Assembly (NCBI GenBank): GCA_037142615.1
Contig: JBAXAI010000002.1
Location: forward strand, 64,001-128,000
DNA: 64,000 nucleotides
Direction of reading: 5' to 3'
From: Spirochaetales bacterium
GTDB lineage: Bacteria; Spirochaetota; Spirochaetia; JABEVK01
Positions 47,673 through 56,610 of the stretch are shown here, in pieces. The translations under genes and the position numbers were made by a program. Position 1 is the stretch's first letter. The number at the start of each line of letters is the position of its first letter. The notes below the pieces were generated by a model. It saw nothing but the letters and a program-made list of their open reading frames with translations, was not told the DNA's origin and did not search any database.

Positions 47673-50054
47673 CTAATACGGCGCCCTGGCCGAGTCTTGT
47701 GTGGAATCGTAGTCGTAGTTGTCTTGGAAGGCCTTGGCACCCGGGCTCCCCCGGTACGCCAAGCCGTACTCGAAGGATTGTTGCATGTCGGAGAACTGGT
47801 CGGTCCGGTAGCTGCTGCGGGGCGGCAAGGCCAGGGAGCGAACCATAGGTTTCGCGTTTCCTTCCGAGTTGTCCGGATGGTAGGTCCTCTGAATCGATCC
47901 GCGGTTCTCGATGTTCAAGCGGAACCTCCCCCGGTCGAACACGCTGAAGGCCGGGCTGAACCAACGGTTGGCCATGGCCACGCCGGAATCGATGGCCTGC
48001 GGGCGCAACAGCCTCAAGGAGGGGGGAAAGTGTTTGCCGGCAACGAGCTTGAAGAGAACCATGAGCGCCAGGAAGGCGCAGACTCCCTCGAAAACGACAA
48101 AAAGCAGCAGATTCAACAGGTCGGCGAACGATGGCCCCACCTCGACCTTGAGAGGCAGGTCGAACACCTTGTCGCCGTGCAGCAGGATCGGGACCGACAA
48201 ATCCCCACCGCTGGAGGCCTTTTGACCGACGCCCAGTCGTGAGGCTTGCAGTTGCAGTTGGTCGGTATCGGCGGTACCACCAACACTCAGATACTTGCCT
48301 GTGTGGCCGATGCCGCTCAGTTCTTCCAGTTTCGGGGTGAAGCGCAACCTCCCCGTGTCGAGCGTGCTGTCGGCCGTGGGCTTGAACACGACGTTTCTGG
48401 CGGTGCCGGTACCCATGCGAAGCGGTGGCGGCGTGCCGACCAGTTCGGCCTTGTTGGTCTCAGAAAAACTGAAGGTGTAGATTTCGCTGCGGATCTGGGT
48501 GACCTTGTTCTGGAACCGTACGAAGAACTGGTAGCTCCCCGGCGAGTCAAAGACCCCGCTGCCATGGTAGACCAAGGCGCCTTCCTCGGTCGGGGTGAGC
48601 GGATAGGTCACTTCGGGTCGCCCTGCCAGGCCCACCACCAGGTCGAAGGCGGCTTCCTTGGTGTAGAAGTCGGGGTTGGCGTACGTGCTCCCATCGGAGA
48701 TGTTGACCAGCCGTACCTTGTCGACGGTGATGTTTCGCTTTTTGAAGTCGAAGTTGAAGCGCGCGTTGATGGCAAGGTCGAGCACTTGCATGAACGACAC
48801 CTGATCGGGATTGCGGTTGACGCGTAGCGACCACTTGCCGGTGCCATAGCGATCGGGACGGCCGACCTTGAACGCCCGGTAGCGCTGGTCGCCGCCCTGG
48901 TAGTTGCCTGGCTGCGCGAACTCGGCAGCCGTGAACTCCTGGCCGTCGGGCTTGACCAGGGTCAGGGTCAGGTTCTGGATGTCGTGGTCGTAAACAATGA
49001 AGTTGACCTCTTTGGCGACGGGCAAGAAGGGGTCGAAGACGAACGAACCGCTGGCGTCGTTGGCGTCCTGCGACTGGGGCACTTCGCGGGTGTCCCAAAT
49101 CTTGGCCAGAATCTGCTTGAACACCGCCGGCAACTCATCGGCCTTGGAAACCTGATACGGTTCTTCCCAGGTGATGCGCCGCATTTGCTCCAGGTCGGCC
49201 TTGTCGCCGAGCCCGATCGAAAAGGCCGAGATCTCCTTTTGATGCAGAACGTCGCGCAAGGTTTCGGGAATGGGCTTGTTCTTGGGGTCAGCTTCCATGT
49301 CTGAAAGCAGGATCAGGTATTTTCCGTAACTGCCATCGACCCCGTCGAGCAACTGGGCCGATGCGAGAACGCCCGCCGTGATGTCGGTACCACCGTTGTA
49401 CGGCGCCTCGAGGGCCTTCTTGACGAGCTCCTTGGTCTTGGCCTGGTTGGACTCAATCTTGGTCAGGGGGAGTACCTTCAGGACCTTGCCGTTGAAAAAA
49501 ACCGCACCGACCTGCTGGCCTTCGGACACCAGGTCGGTGAGCAAGTGCGAGGCCAGGATGGCCAACCTATCCGGGTCGTTGCCAATCGTCCAGGCCAGGT
49601 CGGTGTTGTTCGCTTTGCCATTGTCGGGGTTGGGACCCATCGAGCCAGAAACGTCGATGCACACGACGATGGCCTGCTTTTGCTTTTTCAGCGTCCCGTC
49701 GGATTCCACCTGATCGGGTGCGCTCTTGGAGGCTGCGGTTTGGAAAGGGTGGGTTGCCAAGGTTGACGTATTGGTGAGCTTGACGGGTACCTCAAGGGGA
49801 GCCGGGTCGACATCGTAGGATTTGATAAAATGATCGTACGAGCCGGGGCCGAACCAAAAGAGCAACCAGAGGAAGAGGGCAAGGGCAAGCAACCCCACCA
49901 GGCGGTAGCGCGACAACGCCAGATACTTGCCAAGAATAAGGTGGTCAAACAGCACCAGCACCAGCAACCCGGCGAGGGCGATCGGGACTCCGACCTGCCC
50001 TTCCAGTTGGGTGGACAACTTATTGAATGATTCTGTCAGGAAAGCGGTATCCAA
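47673..50054 (-). CDS. Membrane-anchored vWA domain protein
   Basis: MIDAS DVSGS, GGTDI, LILLSD, SIGLG; two N-terminal TM and one C-terminal TM; likely TTG start after GGAGG. Confidence 0.85.
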   Translation of the reverse strand: MDTAFLTESFNKLSTQLEGQVGVPIALAGLLVLVLFDHLILGKYLALSRYRLVGLLALALFLWLLFWFGPGSYDHFIKSYDVDPAPLEVPVKLTNTSTLATHPFQTAASKSAPDQVESDGTLKKQKQAIVVCIDVSGSMGPNPDNGKANNTDLAWTIGNDPDRLAILASHLLTDLVSEGQQVGAVFFNGKVLKVLPLTKIESNQAKTKELVKKALEAPYNGGTDITAGVLASAQLLDGVDGSYGKYLILLSDMEADPKNKPIPETLRDVLHQKEISAFSIGLGDKADLEQMRRITWEEPYQVSKADELPAVFKQILAKIWDTREVPQSQDANDASGSFVFDPFLPVAKEVNFIVYDHDIQNLTLTLVKPDGQEFTAAEFAQPGNYQGGDQRYRAFKVGRPDRYGTGKWSLRVNRNPDQVSFMQVLDLAINARFNFDFKKRNITVDKVRLVNISDGSTYANPDFYTKEAAFDLVVGLAGRPEVTYPLTPTEEGALVYHGSGVFDSPGSYQFFVRFQNKVTQIRSEIYTFSFSETNKAELVGTPPPLRMGTGTARNVVFKPTADSTLDTGRLRFTPKLEELSGIGHTGKYLSVGGTADTDQLQLQASRLGVGQKASSGGDLSVPILLHGDKVFDLPLKVEVGPSFADLLNLLLFVVFEGVCAFLALMVLFKLVAGKHFPPSLRLLRPQAIDSGVAMANRWFSPAFSVFDRGRFRLNIENRGSIQRTYHPDNSEGNAKPMVRSLALPPRSSYRTDQFSDMQQSFEYGLAYRGSPGAKAFQDNYDYDSTQDSARAPY

Positions 50055-50195
50055 GTCTCCTCCAGCCCCCACACAAGGCTAGGTCATGCGCAGCGACAAT
50101 GCAAATGGATTGTTATTTTCCCTACGTTCTTCAACAAATGCCCTCAACTCATGCGCACCATGGAAATGGAAACAGCCATGAACTATAGTGGACCC

Positions 50196-51815
50196 ATGAG
50201 AACCCGTTCGGTTGGTCTGTTGCTGCTGGGAGTCCTTTTTGCCCTTCCTTTTGCGACCTGGGGGCAGGCCCGCTATGCCCTGGTAATCGGCAATGGTGCC
50301 TACAAGAACGTGCCTGCCTTGCCCAATCCTGTGAATGACGCCAACGACATGGCCGCTGTGCTCCGAAGCCTCAAGTTCAGCGTCACCGTGCTTACCAATG
50401 CTGACGAAATGGCGATGGAAAATGCCGTGGCCGATCTGGGTTCCAGCCTGAGTCTCACGCGGGGTGCCATCGGGCTTTTTTACTACGCCGGTCATGGTAT
50501 TCAGGTGGATGGGGAAAATTACCTGATTCCCGTTGACGCGAGACTGCCCAGCAAGGCCTTTCTTCAGACCCAAGCCTTGGCGTTGCGTGTGGTCTCGGAC
50601 GCCATGAACGGGGACCGTCAAGACAAGGGTGACACGACAGGGCTGAGCTTGATTGTGCTGGATTCCTGCCGCGATAATCCTTTTCCTTGGACCCGCGGCG
50701 CTACCCGCGGGCTCGCTGCGCCGTCGGGTACTCAGCCCCAAGGTTCACTGATCGCCTACGCGACCACTGCAGGGGCGGCTTCGCAGGACGGGGTCGGGCG
50801 CAACGGGCTGTTCACGGGCTATCTGCTCAAGAACTTGGCGTTGCCGGGGGTGAGTCTGCAGGAGGCGTTCAACCGCACTGGGTCGGACGTCCAGAAGGCG
50901 AGCCGCAACGGTCAGGTGCCCGCCATCTATTCTCAGCTGTTCGACCCCGTGTACTTGGCTGGCCCACCCGCTCCGGTACCGCCCCAGGCCCCGCCGGTTG
51001 CCCCCCGCTGGACCGAAACCCAGGTTGCCACCGGGTCGCTCTCGCTGACCTTCAGTTCTGCAGGAACCGTGGAGTTCGACGGCAAGACCAAGGAAGTCGC
51101 GGCGGGGACCACGCTTTCGATCGAGGGTCTGGCGCCAAAAGACTACCCGCTCAAGGTGACGTGGCCCGACAAACAGGTCGACGCGCGTGCTGTGTCGGTC
51201 GGTCCCGGGCAAAACCTGGCGTTGACTTTGGCTCCACCGGCTGTTCAAGCGCCACCGGTCACTCCCAAAACCGCTACGGAGTCTCAGGCGGTGGTGACAC
51301 CCCCGGTACCCGTGGCTCCGGCGATCGTGGCCCCGCCCGTGGTGCCCTCGCCCAAGGTCTACCGTGTCGGCGACAAGGGCCCGGCCGGTGGGGTGGTGTT
51401 CTACGACAAGGGTAACTCCGCCGGTGGGTGGCGCTATTTGGAAGCCGCCGCAGCCGATGTGCCTGGCCCGGTCGCGTGGGGACCCGCCAAGAGTGTCGCC
51501 ACCACGACCACCGTGGGGTCCGGCAAGGCCAACACCGCGCTCTTGGTTTCGGCGCTGGGTGCCACCAGTGCGGCCGGTCTTTGCAAGAGCCTGTCCCTGG
51601 GCGGCTTCAAGGATTGGTTCCTGCCCAGCCTCGACGAGCTCGACCTTCTGTACCGGCAACTTCGCAAAGTCGGCAAGGGATTGCCCGCCGACCGGTACTG
51701 GTCATCGTCGCAAAACCAAGAGGATGACGCTTGGGCCGAGCAGTTCGCCGACGGCAATCAGTACAACTTGCCCCGCAGCGAAAAGTACCGGGTTCGCGCG
51801 ATCCGCATGTTCTGA
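50196..51815 (+). CDS. Exported caspase-like peptidase (C14) with Pro-rich linkers, PEGA-like and DUF1566-like C-terminal domains
   Basis: ALVIGNGAY, NPVNDA, YYAGHG and LDSCR dyad; GPAGGVVFYDKG..WRYLEAA, DWFLPSLDEL, YWSSS; signal peptide. Confidence 0.87.
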   Translation: MRTRSVGLLLLGVLFALPFATWGQARYALVIGNGAYKNVPALPNPVNDANDMAAVLRSLKFSVTVLTNADEMAMENAVADLGSSLSLTRGAIGLFYYAGHGIQVDGENYLIPVDARLPSKAFLQTQALALRVVSDAMNGDRQDKGDTTGLSLIVLDSCRDNPFPWTRGATRGLAAPSGTQPQGSLIAYATTAGAASQDGVGRNGLFTGYLLKNLALPGVSLQEAFNRTGSDVQKASRNGQVPAIYSQLFDPVYLAGPPAPVPPQAPPVAPRWTETQVATGSLSLTFSSAGTVEFDGKTKEVAAGTTLSIEGLAPKDYPLKVTWPDKQVDARAVSVGPGQNLALTLAPPAVQAPPVTPKTATESQAVVTPPVPVAPAIVAPPVVPSPKVYRVGDKGPAGGVVFYDKGNSAGGWRYLEAAAADVPGPVAWGPAKSVATTTTVGSGKANTALLVSALGATSAAGLCKSLSLGGFKDWFLPSLDELDLLYRQLRKVGKGLPADRYWSSSQNQEDDAWAEQFADGNQYNLPRSEKYRVRAIRMF

Positions 51816-51841
51816 CGCACCCGACACCTCAGGAGTCCCCC

Positions 51842-53401
51842 ATGGCTAAGTACCGCTTGTACCTTTCGGAGCACGATGTTCAAGAGGCTATTTCTCAACT
51901 TGGAATCGTTTGCCAGACCCACGGATGCCAAATCGAAGGCCCCGAGCAGAATCTGGATCTGACGAAGGCGAGAAGTGAACGACCCTACGAGTTTGGCGCG
52001 AACTTGCGTGGTCCGGCGGACGAGCTGATGACCGTGCGCTTGGCCCCTCTGGGCCGCCAAAAACGGCAACTTTCGGGCCATTCGTTTGCGCTGACGCTGG
52101 TGACTACCGGCGACTTGCCGCTGGCCGGGCAGTTGATGGAAGCCCTGCGTGTCGCCCTGGCCTCGACCATCCCCGGCCGTTTCTGGTCGATGGAGCACTT
52201 TCTGGGCACAATCAAGTCGCCCCTGGTGACCCAGATCGCGACGCTGACCGAGAATCTGATTCTGAACGGCCTGCAGGCCTCGGCCCAGGTCCTGGAAGGG
52301 TTCGCGCCGCGTGAAAAGCTGAGCTTCGAACGCCCCACCGTCGGCGACCGTTTGTCGTACTTGCGCGTCGAACTGAAAGAAGACACCTTCACCTACCTGC
52401 CCATGAACGAGTTCCAGGTGTACCAAAAGGGCGAGGTGCTGGCCGCCGTCGGCCTGACCAAAGAGGGCAACACGCTCGGTACCCCGCGCACCTTCCTGAC
52501 CGCGTGGTTCAGCGCCGAGCACAGCGAAACTCTCAACGGCCTTTTTGGGCGGAACTTCGACAAGGCCCTGTTCGACGGGGTGGCGGTCAAGGGTGGCAAG
52601 TTCACCGGCGACCAGAAAATCCTGCGGCTCAAGGACAAGCCCGCCTTCGCCGACCTGAAGCTCGAGCCGTCGGTCCGCGAAAAGATCGAACGCGAGATTC
52701 TCGGGTTCTTCCGTCTGGAGCCGGTGTACCGCAAGGCGGGGCTGCCCTTCAAGCGAGGAATCGCCCTCTACGGGCCCCCGGGGACCGGAAAAACCATGCT
52801 GGCCAAGGTGCTTGCGAGCACGTTGGAACAGACCGTGGTGTGGGTGAGGGCCGGGGACCTGGAAGGAACCGCCGACATCAACCGGGTGTTTCAGTTGGCG
52901 CGCATCGGGGCTCCCAGTGTTCTTATCCTGGAGGACATCGACCTGTACCTGCAGGACCGGGACAACCTCAAGAGCAACAGCGTGACCATCGCCAACATGC
53001 TGGCGCAGCTCGACGGCCTGGAAGAGAACGACGGCATTCTGGTTTTGGTGACCACCAACAAGATCGAAACGGTGGAGAGGGCCATCGTCGACCGCCCGGG
53101 CCGAATCGACTCCAAGATCTTCATGGGCGAGCTGGGCCGGGGAGTCGTCATCGAGATCCTGACGGCCAAACTGAAAGACTTTCCGCTGGACTTCGCGAAC
53201 TGGAACAATGTGCTCCCTGAGCATGTTCTGATGACCGGCGCGCAGGCCGTCGAGCTCTCGACAACGATTTTGCGCAATTCGCTGTTCGCCACCCCGGCCG
53301 CCGCCGAGTGCCGGATCACCGCCGAGGCCGTGAAACGCGCGCTCAAGGACCTGGAACGGGCCCGAAACGCGCAGGGTGTGAAGGGCTTTGGGCCCGATTG
53401 A
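51842..53401 (+). CDS. Classical AAA+ ATPase with unknown N-terminal region
   Basis: YGPPGTGKT, ILEDID, TTN, DRPGRID; AGGAG SD. Confidence 0.9.
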   Translation: MAKYRLYLSEHDVQEAISQLGIVCQTHGCQIEGPEQNLDLTKARSERPYEFGANLRGPADELMTVRLAPLGRQKRQLSGHSFALTLVTTGDLPLAGQLMEALRVALASTIPGRFWSMEHFLGTIKSPLVTQIATLTENLILNGLQASAQVLEGFAPREKLSFERPTVGDRLSYLRVELKEDTFTYLPMNEFQVYQKGEVLAAVGLTKEGNTLGTPRTFLTAWFSAEHSETLNGLFGRNFDKALFDGVAVKGGKFTGDQKILRLKDKPAFADLKLEPSVREKIEREILGFFRLEPVYRKAGLPFKRGIALYGPPGTGKTMLAKVLASTLEQTVVWVRAGDLEGTADINRVFQLARIGAPSVLILEDIDLYLQDRDNLKSNSVTIANMLAQLDGLEENDGILVLVTTNKIETVERAIVDRPGRIDSKIFMGELGRGVVIEILTAKLKDFPLDFANWNNVLPEHVLMTGAQAVELSTTILRNSLFATPAAAECRITAEAVKRALKDLERARNAQGVKGFGPD

Positions 53402-53433
53402 GACAGTGACGGCGACTGAGCCCAGGAGGCACC

Positions 53434-56400
53434 ATGTTCAAGCTGACCAGCCACGAGAATCCGCGGGTCATCCGAGTGTTCATCAGTTCAACCTTTGTCG
53501 ACATGCAGGACGAGCGAGAGCAACTGATCAAACACACCTTTCCGCAGCTGCGCAAATTGGCCCGCGAGCGCGGGGTCGAACTCACGGAGATCGACCTGCG
53601 TTGGGGCATTACGCAGCAAGCCGCGGAGCGTGGCGAGACAATTGCCCGCTGTCTGGGAGAAATTGAACGCAGCCGACCGTATTTCATCGGGTTGCTGGGG
53701 CACCGCTACGGCTGGATCCCCTCCCAGCCCCTGCCCGGAGAAGCCGAGGTCGACCGGGTCGAGCGGCTCGAGAAGCTCAAACGCCGCCTTCGCCGCGAGG
53801 AAACGCTTTACACGGCCGTCGATCTGCTCGACGAAAGCCTGAGTGCTACCGAAGTCGAGATCCAGCACGGCGTACTGCGCTCCGTCGACACTCGGAACCG
53901 CTCGCGTTTTTACTACCGTGTGACCTCACCGGCGGAGTTCAGCGAGCCAAAAGGCAGCGAGGCCGAAGTCAAGTTGTCGGCGCTCAAAGCTCTGCTGGGC
54001 GAACGCCTGAAGACGCACCCACCGCTCGAGTACAGCTCGCTCGAGCAGTTGCATTTGGCGGTTCTGGCTGACTTTCAAGGTTTTTTGGACGATGAGTACC
54101 CGGCGAGCAAGAAGCCCAATTCTCTGCACTCGGCAATCAACGCCCACAGGGAGTTTGCGCAATCGCGTCTGGGTATCTGGGAAGGCGACGGGGGCCTTCT
54201 GGACGAACTCGACGAGCACTTCGAGTCGGGGGCCGGGCAGGTGCTGGTGACGGCCCCTGCGGGCCTCGGCAAGAGTGCCCTCCTGGCCCATTGGATCGCT
54301 CATCGGCAGGACCTGGACGACCAGGTTTTCTACGCGTTTTGCGGCGGTGGTCCGGGAACGGCGCGGTGGTCCGACCTGCTCAGGTTTCTGTTCCGGCAAG
54401 TCGCCGATTTTTTCGGCTCGACCGGAGAAGAGGCCCAAGAGCCCAACAAGGACAGCGACCTTGCATTGAAGTTCTGCGCTCTGCTGACGAGCGCTGCCGC
54501 TCAACACCAGGGCCGGTTCTTGATCGTCGTCGATGGCTTGGATCAGGTGGCCGACAAGGGCGAACTGCGCTGGTGGCCCTTTGCCTTCCCCTCAGAAGTC
54601 CTTGTGGTGGCCGGTGTGCGGTCCGGGAGCACTGCCGACCTCCTGGCCGCGCGGGGAATGCCCGTGGTGACCCTGGAACCGCTCAAAGTGCTCGACCGCA
54701 AGAAGGTGATCCGCAGCGTCCTCAAACGAAGCGCCAAGGACCTCGGTGACGCGCTGCTGGCCGAAATCGCCGAAGACAAGGAGTCGGGCAACCCGTTGGT
54801 GCTCAGGACCTTGCTCCAGGAACTGAAGGCGCATGGTGATCACGCCGACCTGCCGGCGTTTGTGCGGAGCTACATCAGCACTGACTCGGAGCAAGCCTTC
54901 TTTGACAAAGTGGTCGAACGAATCGACCGCGACTACCCGAACGCGCAAGTCGTGCTACCTCTGTTCGGAGTTGCGGTAGAAGGACTGTCCGAGTCCGAGA
55001 TTCGGGAGGCTTCCGGGCTCGGTGACCAGCACTTTCTGTGGGCTGAATTGCACGACGTGTTGGCACCGCAGTTCGTGGAGCGCGACGGCCTGCTGAGCTT
55101 TGGTCACGACTATCTACGTCAGGCTGTGGCCCGTCGCTACCTGCTGCCTGGTGACGAGGCGAGGTACCAGCGACAATTGGCGGAGTACTTTTTGGCCGAC
55201 GGGCGAAAACTGGACGGCCATGCGCTCAGGGAGTGGCCAGAGTTGCTCGCGCGTTGTGGAGCGCGTGAACGGCTCAAGGCGGAATTGCCCCAGCCTGAGG
55301 TGACCGAAGCGCTCGCCCAGGACGCGCCCGCAGATCTGCGGCGCTGGTGGCTGGCCACAGGGTGTACTGCCGACGAAGTCGAGGATCTGATCACGCAGCC
55401 TTTGGGCGAGGCTTGGCTACCGGAGAGGACCACGGCCATTCCGGGCTTTATCGGGGATTGGCTGGGAAGGTACCGGTGGGTTTGCGGGTTCGAGGAACGA
55501 CGTTTGGATTCCAGGCTCTCAACGCTCGGAAAAGATCATCCCGATACGATCAGCGCCAAAAGCAACCTCGCTGCCTCGTACTCCGCCCTGGGCAGGCATC
55601 AGGAGGCGCTGGTCCTGAAGGAGCAGGTTCTGGCCGAGAGGCGGCGGATTCTGGGACCAGACCACACCGCCACAATCAGCGCTCAGAGCAATCTGGCGGT
55701 TACGTACGCCGCCCTGGGAAGGCAGGAAGAAGCGCTACGGATGCGGGAACAGGTGTTGGCCGACCGCCTGCGCCTGCTGGGCACCGACAACCGCCTCACG
55801 ATCAACGCCCGACTCCGACTCGCTGTCTCGTATTCCGCGCTCGGGAGGCAAAATGATGCCCTCAGGGAGATCGAGCAAGTCTCGGCTGACCGCCTTCGGC
55901 TTTTGGGGCCGGACCATCCCGACACGATCAGTGCTCAGAGTAACTTGGCCGTCTCGTATTCCGCCTTGGCAAGGTCCCAGGAGGCCCTGGAACTGAAGGA
56001 GCAGGTGCTGGCCGGCCGCCAGCGACTTTTGGGACCAGACCACCCCGATACGATCGTGGCAAAAGGGAATCTCGCCACCTCTTACTCCGACCTCGGAAGA
56101 CACCAGGAGGCGCTGGAACTGGAAGAACAGGTGCTGGCCGACCGCCTGAGGATCTTCGGCCCGGATCACCCCGATACGATCGTGGCCAAGGGGAACCTTA
56201 AGATCTCATACTCCCAACTGGGCAGGAATCAGGAGGCGCTGGAACTACAGGAGCAGGTGCGGGCCGACCGCCTCCGGACCCTGGGACCTGATCACCCCGA
56301 CACGGTTCGCGCTGGGCATGGTCTGGCCCTCACTTATTTGAATCTCGAACGTCCTGCGGACGCCTTGCCCTACGCGCAGCAGGTGGTAACTGCACTTTCC

Positions 56401-56601
56401 AGAGTTCAAGGTGAAAGGAGTTCCGAAATCATGGACGAAGTGGACACTCTGGCCCGTTGCTTGGAGGCCTTGGGGCGCAACAGCGAGGCCCTTGTGCTGC
56501 GCCAGAGAATTTTCGAGGTTTTCTCGGAAGTCTTCGGGGACGCGGACGAGCAAACGCAGGAAGCCCGGCAGAAGCTTGATCGGCTCGAGTCCCTCAGCTA
56601 G
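53434..56601 (+). CDS. DUF4062 + NACHT/STAND NTPase + TPR repeats (NPHP3-like)
   Basis: RVFISSTF..DLRWG..RYGW; APAGLGKS; VVDGLDQ; 42-aa GPDHPDT repeats. Confidence 0.88.
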   Translation: MFKLTSHENPRVIRVFISSTFVDMQDEREQLIKHTFPQLRKLARERGVELTEIDLRWGITQQAAERGETIARCLGEIERSRPYFIGLLGHRYGWIPSQPLPGEAEVDRVERLEKLKRRLRREETLYTAVDLLDESLSATEVEIQHGVLRSVDTRNRSRFYYRVTSPAEFSEPKGSEAEVKLSALKALLGERLKTHPPLEYSSLEQLHLAVLADFQGFLDDEYPASKKPNSLHSAINAHREFAQSRLGIWEGDGGLLDELDEHFESGAGQVLVTAPAGLGKSALLAHWIAHRQDLDDQVFYAFCGGGPGTARWSDLLRFLFRQVADFFGSTGEEAQEPNKDSDLALKFCALLTSAAAQHQGRFLIVVDGLDQVADKGELRWWPFAFPSEVLVVAGVRSGSTADLLAARGMPVVTLEPLKVLDRKKVIRSVLKRSAKDLGDALLAEIAEDKESGNPLVLRTLLQELKAHGDHADLPAFVRSYISTDSEQAFFDKVVERIDRDYPNAQVVLPLFGVAVEGLSESEIREASGLGDQHFLWAELHDVLAPQFVERDGLLSFGHDYLRQAVARRYLLPGDEARYQRQLAEYFLADGRKLDGHALREWPELLARCGARERLKAELPQPEVTEALAQDAPADLRRWWLATGCTADEVEDLITQPLGEAWLPERTTAIPGFIGDWLGRYRWVCGFEERRLDSRLSTLGKDHPDTISAKSNLAASYSALGRHQEALVLKEQVLAERRRILGPDHTATISAQSNLAVTYAALGRQEEALRMREQVLADRLRLLGTDNRLTINARLRLAVSYSALGRQNDALREIEQVSADRLRLLGPDHPDTISAQSNLAVSYSALARSQEALELKEQVLAGRQRLLGPDHPDTIVAKGNLATSYSDLGRHQEALELEEQVLADRLRIFGPDHPDTIVAKGNLKISYSQLGRNQEALELQEQVRADRLRTLGPDHPDTVRAGHGLALTYLNLERPADALPYAQQVVTALSRVQGERSSEIMDEVDTLARCLEALGRNSEALVLRQRIFEVFSEVFGDADEQTQEARQKLDRLESLS
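55525..56580 (+). repeat. 126-bp-period TPR coding repeats (7 clear, about 2 degenerate)
   Basis: Recurring LGPDHPDT..A..NLA..Y..LGR..EAL; two adjacent copies share GPDHPDTIVAKGNL. Confidence 0.85.
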
Positions 56602-56610
56602 GAGCACCGG

